NCBI GenBank assembly: GCA_964291405.2
Contig: OZ219926.1
Coordinates: forward strand, 320,001 to 384,000
Length of the DNA: 64,000 nt
From: Thermodesulfobacteriota bacterium
GTDB lineage: Bacteria; Desulfobacterota; Binatia; Bin18
Direction of reading: 5' to 3'
Shown: positions 38,816 through 47,222 of the stretch, piece after piece
Position numbering within the stretch: the first letter of the stretch is position 1
How the letters are laid out: each line of letters begins with the position of its first letter
Translations under genes and position numbers: made by a program
The notes under the pieces: model-generated
Databases searched by the model: none
Seen by the model: the letters and a program-made list of their open reading frames with translations, nothing else
Told to the model about the DNA's origin: nothing

Positions 38816-39307
38816 ATGGACGCATATAAGAAGCTCGATACTACCCCCGCCGAGCAGCCCTCAATCAAACGCCGCGATGTCCTGCTGGGTGTGTCGGGCG
38901 CTACCCTGGCCGGGCTAGTGGCCTCTCCAGCTCTGGCCGCCCATCACGAGCAGGCTGAGCATGCACATGACGACGCCCCCAAATACCGTCCGCTCGTCCT
39001 AGCGGCCCAAGCCTGCGTAGGGATCGGAGCGATGTGCCTGAAGCATTGTCTGAATCTGTTTGCGGCAGGTGACACATCACTGTCTGCCTGCGCTGCGCGC
39101 ATTCAAGAGATGAACGCGGTGAGTGAAGCACTGGGGGTGCTCGCCGCAGCGGATTCCGCTCAGCTCAAAGCCTTTATCCCTGTCTGCATAGCTGTTCACG
39201 ACGCATGTGAAGAGGAATGTCGCAAGCATACCCACCATCCGCTCTGCATAGAGACCGCCGAGGCATGCGCTAAAGTCACGGCGGAATGCAAAAAAGTGGT
39301 GGCCTGA
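38816..39307 (+). CDS. Tat-exported four-helix-bundle copper storage protein (Csp1-like)
   Basis: KRRDVL Tat motif; repeated Cys (CVGIGAMCLKHC...ACEEECRKH...CIETAEACAKVTAEC). Confidence 0.85.
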   Translation: MDAYKKLDTTPAEQPSIKRRDVLLGVSGATLAGLVASPALAAHHEQAEHAHDDAPKYRPLVLAAQACVGIGAMCLKHCLNLFAAGDTSLSACAARIQEMNAVSEALGVLAAADSAQLKAFIPVCIAVHDACEEECRKHTHHPLCIETAEACAKVTAECKKVVA

Positions 39308-39336
39308 GAAGGACCGTACTTCTTACCTCTCTCCAT

Positions 39337-40206
39337 CTAATCAACCCGACGCTGCCGGGACGGCCGCTTCCCGACAGCTTTCCGTGAACGCGCACTTCTT
39401 GAACCTGCTGTGCGTTTGCGTGGCTTTGGACGGTCAAACGCATAGTCGTAATCGATACGCAACGGCGCATGATCGGAAAAGCGTTCTTCCTTGTAGATCG
39501 CGGTCTGCGTTGCCAGTTTGGCTAAACCCGGTGTGACCACCTGGTAATCGATCCGCCAGCCAACGTTTTTCGCCCAGGCCCGGCCACGAAACGACCACCA
39601 GGTATATTCTTCCGCTTCCGGGTTGACCCGTCGAAACGCATCCACCAGACCGACTTCATCAAATATCTGCGTCATCCAGGCGCGCTCTTCGGGGAGAAAG
39701 CCGGAGTTCTTCTGATTACCTCGCCAGTTTCTTATGTCCTTCTTGGTATGGGCGATATTCCAGTCCCCACACAGGACAACATGACGACGGCTGGCTCGCA
39801 GCGCCTTCAGCTCCGGCAAGAGTTGGTCCATGAAGCGATATTTCACCCGCTGCCGTCCCTCGGAGCTCGAACCGGACGGCAGGTACATCGAAATCACCGC
39901 AAGCCGGCCAAAGTCCGCCCGCAGATAGCGTCCTTCGCGGTTCGCGTCAGGCCAGCCCCAGCCAACCCGAACCCTATCCGGTTGCCGTCGGGCATAGATG
40001 CCCACGCCGGAATAGCCCGGCTTTTCCGCGTAATGAAAAGTCCCGGTCAGGGCTCCGACTTCCTGGTAGGTGGGGATGACATCTTTTTCCTGGGCTTTGA
40101 GCTCTTGGACACACACCACGTCGGCGTTTTGTTTTTCCAGCCAGGCAAAAAACCCTTTGCTCGCCACCGACCGAATGCCGTTCAGGTTACAGGTAATAAT
40201 CCGCAT
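39337..40206 (-). CDS. xth: Exodeoxyribonuclease III
   Basis: NLNGIRS, VQELKA, GYSGV, GDWNIAH, WRIDY, SDHAP. Confidence 0.97.
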   Translation of the reverse strand: MRIITCNLNGIRSVASKGFFAWLEKQNADVVCVQELKAQEKDVIPTYQEVGALTGTFHYAEKPGYSGVGIYARRQPDRVRVGWGWPDANREGRYLRADFGRLAVISMYLPSGSSSEGRQRVKYRFMDQLLPELKALRASRRHVVLCGDWNIAHTKKDIRNWRGNQKNSGFLPEERAWMTQIFDEVGLVDAFRRVNPEAEEYTWWSFRGRAWAKNVGWRIDYQVVTPGLAKLATQTAIYKEERFSDHAPLRIDYDYAFDRPKPRKRTAGSRSARSRKAVGKRPSRQRRVD

Positions 40207-40349
40207 CGCCGTGTTCCTCCCCACGCAGCTTGAGCGCCACCTTGCCCCACCGACGGTAGGCGGTCAACAACCCGCTCTCCCCTACAAGACAGCCGCCTTT
40301 GGCCACGATATAATATGGTTCCTATCTCTTGTGAGTCGGAGGAGAAGAT

Positions 40350-40829
40350 ATGACACGATTACACGTCGAAGGTGAAGTCCGGTCACCCCAGGCCTTTAGT
40401 TTTGCCGAGCTACGTACACTCGCGGATCAGATTGAGGACGTGAGCCAGCTTGTTCCTGGCCGAGAGGGCAGCGCCGTCCGCCTGCAAACGGTATTGGAGC
40501 AGGTCGGGCCAAAAGAAGCCGTCCGCTATATCACCCTGGAGTCCACAGACGGAAAATTCTCCGCTAGCGTACCGCTGGAAGCCGTACAAGAGGGGATTAT
40601 TGCCTATCGTTTCAACGATACGGCCCTACCGGAGAACAAAGGCGGGCCGTATCGCTTTTTTATTCCAAACGTTTCAGAGTGCCATGTGGGTGAGGTTGAC
40701 GCCTGCGCCAATGTCAAATTTCTGGGCCGCATCTGCCTGAGCCACGAGAAAGGCCGGGATGTCCGACCGACCAGTCCACAGGCGCATGAGGAGCATCATC
40801 AAAAGCCCGGCCACGAGCATCTGACCTGA
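40350..40829 (+). CDS. Small molybdopterin-binding oxidoreductase-domain protein
   Basis: LHVEGEV...LESTDGKFSASVPL...IAYRFNDTALPENKGGPYRF...ANVKFL. Confidence 0.75.
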   Translation: MTRLHVEGEVRSPQAFSFAELRTLADQIEDVSQLVPGREGSAVRLQTVLEQVGPKEAVRYITLESTDGKFSASVPLEAVQEGIIAYRFNDTALPENKGGPYRFFIPNVSECHVGEVDACANVKFLGRICLSHEKGRDVRPTSPQAHEEHHQKPGHEHLT

Positions 40830-40861
40830 AGGAAGGGGGCAGACGACTGCCCCCTTCCTTC
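40828..40861. terminator. 15-bp perfect hairpin between convergent genes
   Basis: GAAGGAAGGGGGCAG-ACGA-CTGCCCCCTTCCTTC; no U-tract. Confidence 0.65.
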
Positions 40862-40884
40862 ACAAACTCGGTGAAAAGCCACGC

Positions 40885-41826
40885 CTAGCGCGTGAAATTC
40901 AGCTTCAGGCCCGGACGCGGCCAGTCCATGGCCACCAGCTTGCCCGTTCCCGACAGCGTGATATAGGCGGTTTTCAGATCCGGTCCACCAAAACAGATAT
41001 TGGTCACTACCGGGTCACCGGGCACGGGAACATGCTCGACCGATGAGCCGTCCGGCGCAAACACGGTAATACCACCATTTAAGATAGTCGCCACACACAC
41101 GTTGCCGTTGGCCTCAACCGCTAATGAATCCAGCAGTTGATAGCCCGGCAAACCGGCCACCAGGACGCCACCACCCGGACCGGCCAAGAGCGGACCACCC
41201 GCCCCTTCCACGCGTTCCAACTCACCCGGACCGGTCACGTTCCAGCCCCACACCCGCGCTTCAAACGTCTGGGCCGCATACAAGGTGGCATCGCCAGGGG
41301 CCAAGCCGATGCCGTTCGGTCCCTGGATCGGATAGACGACTTCCTTAATGAGCGAACCGTCCGGCTTGGCATAGTAGAGACCGCACACGTCGCGGTCACG
41401 GTCGCGGATCTTGCCGAAGTCGCTGAACCACATGCCGCCTTGGGCATCAAACACTATATCGTTCGGTCCGCACAGCTTATTGCCGTCGCACTCGGTATAG
41501 ATCGTTTCCACCACCCCAGTGTCGATATCGGCCCGTTGGATATAGCCGTTGGTATAGCTTTCAGGGATACCGTGCGGCACGGTCAACCCCCCTGCCTCTA
41601 TCCACTCAAAGCCGCCGTTATTACACACGTAGCATTTGCCGTCCGGCCCGATGGCCGCGCCGTTCGGCCCACCGCCGGTCTCGACCACGACCTCCTTGGT
41701 CCCATCAGGCTTGACCCGCGTCAGCGTACCGCGCTTGATCTCCGTCAGGATGACGCTGCCGTCATCCATGGCAATCGGGCCTTCGGGGAATTCCAGGCCG
41801 GAGGTTATTTCACGTATTTCTGCCAT
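40885..41826 (-). CDS. SMP-30/gluconolactonase/LRE family protein
   Basis: FPEGP, GPNG, GPNDIVFD, DSLAVE, TNICFGG. Confidence 0.93.
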   Translation of the reverse strand: MAEIREITSGLEFPEGPIAMDDGSVILTEIKRGTLTRVKPDGTKEVVVETGGGPNGAAIGPDGKCYVCNNGGFEWIEAGGLTVPHGIPESYTNGYIQRADIDTGVVETIYTECDGNKLCGPNDIVFDAQGGMWFSDFGKIRDRDRDVCGLYYAKPDGSLIKEVVYPIQGPNGIGLAPGDATLYAAQTFEARVWGWNVTGPGELERVEGAGGPLLAGPGGGVLVAGLPGYQLLDSLAVEANGNVCVATILNGGITVFAPDGSSVEHVPVPGDPVVTNICFGGPDLKTAYITLSGTGKLVAMDWPRPGLKLNFTR

Positions 41827-41901
41827 ATATGCTCTCCTTTCATTTTTCCTCCGGCTGTATGTAGCATGCTCCGGCGGGGGGTGTCAGGTAGCCTCGTCTT
41901 C

Positions 41902-41985
41902 GGGTCTTTTGGGTTTCTTGGGTCTCAAAGACTCAATGGACTCAATAGACCCTGACTCAATAGACTCAATGGACTCAACAGACTC
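41902..41985. repeat. 9-bp-period tandem repeat (GACTCAATR, preceded by GGGTYTYTT units)
   Basis: gactcaatg gactcaata gaccct gactcaata gactcaatg gactcaaca gactc. Confidence 0.85.
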
Positions 41986-43109
41986 TATTCTCCTTTATGC
42001 GAAACGGACAGCCCAGCTCCTGTCCATCCGAGCATGCCGCCGGACAGAACCATGAGAGAAGAGAAGCCGTTTTGCTCTAACAAGTCCGCCGCTCTGACTG
42101 AGCGACGTTCTGTCTTTCATACAAGGACGACCGTTTGGGAACGACTAGGGGCCAGCTCGTTCATTCGTTTGTCTAAATCGGAGACCGGTATCAAGTGAGC
42201 CCCTTCAATATGACCAAGCTCGCCGGTAAATTCATCCAGGTCTCGCACGTCGAGTAGATAGGGTGGATTTTCTTCTCCCAGCATTTCGCTGAGCTGAAGG
42301 GGGGAGATGTCTTTCCACGTTTTCTCCAGGGGAATACGAGTCTGAAAGGGGAGGAGCAACAACTGCCCGAGGTGAAACGCATCTCGATAATATGACAGTC
42401 CGATCTCAAGGCCCAGTTGCCCTAAAGCCGGCTCGGCCCGGTAGGTTCCGCACAGCCGATCCCACCATGGGATAGAAAAGCCGAAGTTTGCATTGGTTTC
42501 CACCGTTCGTGTGGAATGATGAATCCGATGCATGTCTGGCGTAACCAGGAACCAACGTAGACGCCGGTCAAGCCTTTCAGGAAGATTGACATTACTGTGG
42601 TTAAAAACAGACGTGGCGTTCAGGATGATTTCAAAGGCGATAGCGGCCCAAGCAGGTGCCCCCAGCGCAATAATGACAACCGCTTTGTAGGCGAGAGAGA
42701 GAAAGACCTCGATGGGATGAAAACGGAGGCCGGTCGTGGCATCGACTCCAAGATCAGCATGATGGACCTGATGCACACGCCACACAAGGGGGACGGCATG
42801 GAAGAGGCGGTGCTGGATGTAGAGGGCGAAGTCGAGGACCAGGAGGGTGACCGGGACGGCGAACCAGAAAGGCGCTGACAGCCAATGCAGCAGTCCAATC
42901 TGGTGTTCCGCCGCAAAGGTGGCCGCCATATATGCCACGGCACCGACCAGAGCCCATACCAAAACCGCATTGAGCAGAGTAAGCCCCAAGTTCGTAGGCC
43001 AGCGTTCCTCTCTTCTTTGAGCAAGAATACGGCGCGGGGAGAGAAATTCCCAGGTTACCATTATGGAAAAGACCGCGAGAAAGGGCCAAAAGCGCATCCA
43101 CATTTCCAT
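41985..43109 (-). CDS. Sterol desaturase/fatty-acid hydroxylase fused to a rhodanese domain; selenoprotein (UGA 42119-42117)
   Basis: His boxes HRLFH, HQVHH, HRIHH; rhodanese LLDVR..EF..GHIEGA..VVLV-TGA-KTERRS..LSGGMLGW, TAG at 41985; SECIS-like hairpin. Confidence 0.85.
42087..42107 (-). promoter_or_regulatory. Candidate bacterial SECIS hairpin
   Basis: CGTCGCTC-AGTCA-GAGCGGCG beginning 10 nt after the in-frame TGA. Confidence 0.7.
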
Positions 43110-43217
43110 AACGAATACTCCTCGAAAAACGGTCGGATTCGCCCCTACCTTTTCCACCCTACGTTGGCTTTGTCTCCGGTTATGCAGTTGAGAGTTTTCT
43201 TGTGAAAGCCATAAATT

Positions 43218-43238
43218 CATGGCATAGCATATGTCATG
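43218..43238. promoter_or_regulatory. Putative antitoxin operator palindrome
   Basis: CATGGCATA-GCA-TATGTCATG overlapping the antitoxin start codon. Confidence 0.55.
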
Positions 43239-43505
43239 TCAACATCGTTCCACAATATGCACGTTCCCCTTTCGACCGATATCCATACTCGTCTCAAAGC
43301 AGAAGCAAAACGCTCCGGGCGGCCCGCAACTGTCCTGGTCCGGGAAGCTATTGAAACATGGCTTGAGGAACGGGAAAGAGCGGCGCTGCATCACGCTATT
43401 GCCCACTACGCCCAGGCGGTTGCCGGTACTTCCGACGACCTGGATGCGGATGTGGAAAAAGCTGCCGCCGAACATCTTCTTGCTAGTGAACGAGGCGAGG
43501 TGTGA
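43236..43505 (+). CDS. Ribbon-helix-helix antitoxin
   Basis: HVPLSTDIHTRLKAEAKRSGRPATVLVREAI; GTGA overlap with the toxin. Confidence 0.85.
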   Translation: MSTSFHNMHVPLSTDIHTRLKAEAKRSGRPATVLVREAIETWLEERERAALHHAIAHYAQAVAGTSDDLDADVEKAAAEHLLASERGEV

Positions 43506-43849
43506 GACGTGGTGAGGTCTACTGGGCACATTTAACGCCTCGCTCCGGCTCGGAGCAGAGGGGTCGCTGGCCCGTTGTCATCGTGTCCCATGATGGATTC
43601 AATCAGGTACACGGCTGGCGTTCCGTCATTATCGTACCGCTCTCAACATCTCCTTCGCAACGGCAGCGCGGTCCGACAGCCGTTGCCCTGCCCAAAGGCG
43701 CAGCGGGGTTGAGTAAGGACGGCATCGCGTTATGCCATCAAGTCACGACGCTTGACCGGACGAAGTTGTCGCGCCGTATCGGTACGCTGCCAACGAACAT
43801 TATGGACACGATAGACGCCAGCCTCAAAGCTGCGTTGTCGCTGTGGTAA
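43502..43849 (+). CDS. PemK/MazF family toxin
   Basis: MRRGEVYW...GSEQRG...PVVIVS...ALCHQVTTLD. Confidence 0.93.
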   Translation: MRRGEVYWAHLTPRSGSEQRGRWPVVIVSHDGFNQVHGWRSVIIVPLSTSPSQRQRGPTAVALPKGAAGLSKDGIALCHQVTTLDRTKLSRRIGTLPTNIMDTIDASLKAALSLW

Positions 43850-43885
43850 GCCCACCGACAGGGGAAGAGGTATGATGACAGTTTC

Positions 43886-44092
43886 CTAGCCCTGCTCGTC
43901 TCCGTCCACGCTTGACTTGACCGCGCGATAGAATGCGAGGCTGCCATGCGCGGTCGCCAGGGAACCCTGAATGGTCACCTTGGCAAACCCGCCCTGTCGG
44001 AAGAGCTGCGGCAGGAGGCCGGCCACATTGTCCCGGGTGCGTGAAAAACCATCGAGAAGTTGTATCGGCCAGAACAACCAACGCATCAGGCA
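43886..44092 (-). pseudogene. C-terminal remnant of a class I SAM-dependent methyltransferase
   Basis: LMRWLFWPIQLLDGFSRTRDNVAGLLPQLFRQGGF...GSLAFYRA; no SAM-binding N-terminus upstream. Confidence 0.55.
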
Positions 44093-44371
44093 TTCATGTA
44101 TCTCCAGAAACAACGGACTTATCCTGTGTTTGTGGGAGGTTCACGATCCAGTTCGGGTATTCTCTTGATTTACTCCGGCTAAAGTGTTTGATGAGATGAA
44201 AGGCCATCATGTAGGCGGGAATCTTCCATCTAACGCCAGCCCCGTAGATTCTTTTCCAGATGACGTTCGGCTTTTCTATAACGTTAGACCGCCTTCCTTC
44301 TTCCATGTGGCAGCAGCCAGACTATTGGCTCCGGCAGGCATTCTTTATTGGGCGACCCAAGGTGCCAGCCC

Positions 44372-44402
44372 CGTAAGTCGGCTTAGCGGAGCATAAGCCG
44401 AC
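44372..44402 (+). repeat. REP-like palindrome (GTAR-prefixed)
   Basis: CGTAA-GTCGGCTTA-GCGGAGCA-TAAGCCGAC-A. Confidence 0.65.
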
Positions 44403-44414
44403 AACCCTCTCGGA

Positions 44415-44741
44415 TCATATTTCCGGCTCACCCATCCAGGTCGGGAGGTCGCGCTGGCTATGGAGCACACGCCACACATCAATGTGGTCGTCCCGCTCGA
44501 CATAGAACACCAAGTAGGGGTAGCGCTTCAACGGCCAGGCGCGTAGGCCCGGCAAATCCAACTCCTGAGCGTAACGGGGTGCCCCCGACGCGGGATGCCG
44601 AGCGATATGCCGGTACGCCTTTTCCAGCGCGTCAATAAAGCCCAATCCGACCCGCTCTCCGCCCTCGTCCAGATAGTGATCGAGGGCTTGGTCAATATCG
44701 CGGTTGGCCAACGCCCGAGGAATGACCGGCTTGACGCTCAC
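44415..44741 (-). CDS. parE: ParE family toxin
   Basis: RALANRDIDQ...HPASGAPRY...YPYLVFY...VWRVLH. Confidence 0.92.
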   Translation of the reverse strand: MSVKPVIPRALANRDIDQALDHYLDEGGERVGLGFIDALEKAYRHIARHPASGAPRYAQELDLPGLRAWPLKRYPYLVFYVERDDHIDVWRVLHSQRDLPTWMGEPEI

Positions 44742-44989
44742 CCTTGCCGCCGTTGCTCCGCTCTTTTATGGAGCGTCTTGCGTAGCGTGTCGAAATAGGC
44801 CGCATCGGCAACGGACGATGGCTCAGACGCGGCTCCTGCGAGCAACAGAGCGCGTAAGTGCTGCCGGTCCTGGTCTTTGCGGATCAACTCACGGACATAC
44901 TCGCTACTGCTCCCGTAGCCGCGCTGCGCGACCTGCTCGTCTACAAAGGACTTGAGAGAGACTGGCAGGGAAATGTTCATAGTGCTCAT
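44738..44989 (-). CDS. parD: ParD family antitoxin
   Basis: MNISLP...FVDEQV...YGSSSEYVRELIRKDQ; TTGGCAAA repeat upstream at 45008-45026. Confidence 0.92.
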   Translation of the reverse strand: MSTMNISLPVSLKSFVDEQVAQRGYGSSSEYVRELIRKDQDRQHLRALLLAGAASEPSSVADAAYFDTLRKTLHKRAEQRRQG

Positions 44990-45073
44990 CTGCCCAAGAT
45001 AGATTGTTTGGCAAAAATTGGCAAACTCGTAGGTCAGGTTAGTGAAGCGTAACCTGACCTCCCCAGCCACGGC

Positions 45074-45370
45074 TTAGCGTTTCCGTGATGCTCTTGCCAG
45101 GCGGCGGGCCGTATCCTGATAGATGCTTGCACGTGAGCCTATGGCACTCACTTCGAGAACCGTTCGGGTTGTCCGGTAAATAATCCGAACGCGCCCAACC
45201 CGGAAACTCCACCACCCGGAGAGTTCACGCCGTAACGGCTTTCCTGCCGATGGATGTTCCCGAAGGATGTCTAAAGCTGCCCGAATGCGTTGCTTGAGTG
45301 CCGGGTGCATGGCTCGGATGGCCGCCTGGACTTCGCGCGGGAGTCGGACCCGGCGCACGCTATGCCTCAT
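45074..45370 (-). CDS. RelE/ParE family toxin
   Basis: GKPLRRELSGWWSFRVGRVRIIY...IGSRASIY. Confidence 0.9.
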   Translation of the reverse strand: MRHSVRRVRLPREVQAAIRAMHPALKQRIRAALDILREHPSAGKPLRRELSGWWSFRVGRVRIIYRTTRTVLEVSAIGSRASIYQDTARRLARASRKR

Positions 45371-45638
45371 CAGAAAAGAGCTGGTCGAGGTCGGTATCCG
45401 TCAACGGCTTATCGCGGCCCTGTTTAAGCTGCTGCATTCCGGTGTGGATCTCTTTGACCAACTCCTGGTCCGACAGAACAGCGAGGGTCTCCTGCCAGCT
45501 CTCAAACTCCTCGTAGCTCACGAGGACGGCGGTCGCCTGACCGTTTTTGGTAATCGTAACCTCTTCGTCGGTAGTCGCAATGTCGGCCACGAGTTGACTC
45601 AGCTTGGCCTTTACCTCAGCTAACGGCAGGATACGCAT
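45360..45638 (-). CDS. Phd/YefM antitoxin
   Basis: LAEVKAKLSQLV...ITKNGQATAVLVSYEEFESWQETL. Confidence 0.93.
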   Translation of the reverse strand: MRILPLAEVKAKLSQLVADIATTDEEVTITKNGQATAVLVSYEEFESWQETLAVLSDQELVKEIHTGMQQLKQGRDKPLTDTDLDQLFSDEA

Positions 45639-45648
45639 ACAGCCCTCC

Positions 45649-45670
45649 AGTAGTCTGAATTCGGACTACT
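45649..45670. promoter_or_regulatory. Putative Phd operator palindrome
   Basis: AGTAGTCTGAATTCGGACTACT just upstream of the antitoxin SD. Confidence 0.65.
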
Positions 45671-45731
45671 TTAGCTCAGGGCTAGCTGGTTCGCAATCAA
45701 TATGGAAGGGGCACATTGGGAACCGGAGTCA

Positions 45732-46541
45732 TCAAACCGGCTGAGCCGCCAGCCACGCCTGAGCTGCCGCTGCAATCAAGCGCAAGGCGGCGCGACTGCC
45801 TGCCCCTTCACCCTTTTCAAAATCGCCCTCGACTTGGCCCATCTGGTTGGTGACATGGGCGAAGCACACGACCGCCTTGTCCCGTGCCTGGGCGAAGGCG
45901 TACAGGGCGGCGGCCTCCATTTCGACGGCAAGAATCCCGCGCTGTTCCGCGTGCCGAATCGCTTCTTGTGTTTCTCGGAACGGGGCGTCGGTTGTCCAGG
46001 TTGCTCCACGATAGACCGGAGGGTCTCCGTCTGAGAGAGCACTGGCAAACAGGTCCAGCAGGTCCGGCTTCAAGAACGAGAAATCGGACGGCGGCAGATA
46101 ATGATAGCTCGTGCCTTCGTCGCGCAGAGCTTTTTCGACCAGGATAAAAAACGGCGGCTCTTCTTTGTGGGCAATTTGCCCGGAGGACGTGACGTGGATG
46201 AGCAACTGACAGCCGGAGGCAAATAATTCCTCGGCTACCAAAACGGCGAACGGTGCACCCACCACATGCCGGATAATACCGATCTCAATCCCGCTGAGCG
46301 TGAACCGATGTAATGTCGTGTGGTAACAGGCCCAGGTGTCGTGTTCGTGCGCCTCGCCACGGCCCAGCAGACTGGCGACAATATCCCCGTCCGGGTCAAG
46401 TACGCAGATACTCGGCACTTGGCCTTCTGGCAGGCCCATTTGACGCCGCGCTTCGCGCAACAGATTTTCCGGGACGAATTGCGATGGCCGGTCGTAGGCT
46501 TTGTGTTGGAGAACGGGGGGAGATGAGCGGGTGTCGGCCAT
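45732..46541 (-). CDS. Nucleoside phosphorylase family protein
   Basis: VGAPFAVLVAEE, ALRDEGTSYHY, WTTDAPFRET, VEMEAAA. Confidence 0.9.
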   Translation of the reverse strand: MADTRSSPPVLQHKAYDRPSQFVPENLLREARRQMGLPEGQVPSICVLDPDGDIVASLLGRGEAHEHDTWACYHTTLHRFTLSGIEIGIIRHVVGAPFAVLVAEELFASGCQLLIHVTSSGQIAHKEEPPFFILVEKALRDEGTSYHYLPPSDFSFLKPDLLDLFASALSDGDPPVYRGATWTTDAPFRETQEAIRHAEQRGILAVEMEAAALYAFAQARDKAVVCFAHVTNQMGQVEGDFEKGEGAGSRAALRLIAAAAQAWLAAQPV

Positions 46542-46568
46542 GTTCGCAGGAGAACGTCACACCGCGCC

Positions 46569-47222
46569 TTACAAGCGCTGCAACGCGAAGACGGCGGTGG
46601 TGGCGCGTAGGTTTTTATAGCGCAGACTCTGCAAACGCCGGCTGCGGGATAGATAGATCTCTTCCAGTATGCCGAAGCCCAAATGGTGACAGAAGTCGCA
46701 AAAGTCAGCCACGGTAAACGCCTGCCAGCGCGGCGCTTCGTACCAGCGTTCGGCCAGATCAAAGACTTGTGGAATGCGACCGGCAACGAGCATTTCGAGC
46801 CGACAGCGCCAAAAGCCCCAGTTCGGAAAACTGACGATCGCACGGCTGCCAACCCGGAGCATCTCGCTCAGGATCATGGCCGGATCGTTCAAAAAGGGCA
46901 ACGTCTGGCTCAAAATCACCGAGTCAAAACTCGCATCCGGGTAATCGGCCAAGCCCTCTTCCAGATTTCCCTGGCGTACACTCAGCCCGCGCCGGACACA
47001 GGCCAGCATGCCCTCTTCGCTGCGTTCTACGCCCCGTCCCGTCACCTGCTTGCTATGCACCAGATATTCGAGCAGAGCCCCGTCACCACAGCCCAGGTCC
47101 AACACTCGCGATCCGGCTGGGACCATATCGGCAATGGCAAGCAGGTCTGACCGCAGCAGGACCGGACTCCCGCTCGATAGAGCCGGACGCGGAGGCGCAG
47201 ACGGTTCAACCTCACCACTCAT
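46569..47222 (-). CDS. metW: Methionine biosynthesis protein MetW
   Basis: RVLDLGCGDG, VILSQTL, IVSFPNWG; follows metX. Confidence 0.93.
   Translation of the reverse strand: MSGEVEPSAPPRPALSSGSPVLLRSDLLAIADMVPAGSRVLDLGCGDGALLEYLVHSKQVTGRGVERSEEGMLACVRRGLSVRQGNLEEGLADYPDASFDSVILSQTLPFLNDPAMILSEMLRVGSRAIVSFPNWGFWRCRLEMLVAGRIPQVFDLAERWYEAPRWQAFTVADFCDFCHHLGFGILEEIYLSRSRRLQSLRYKNLRATTAVFALQRL

Noticed and set aside
44094-44370. Short ORFs in the AT-richer stretch between TA modules
   Set aside because: No convincing start or motif in any frame; left unannotated
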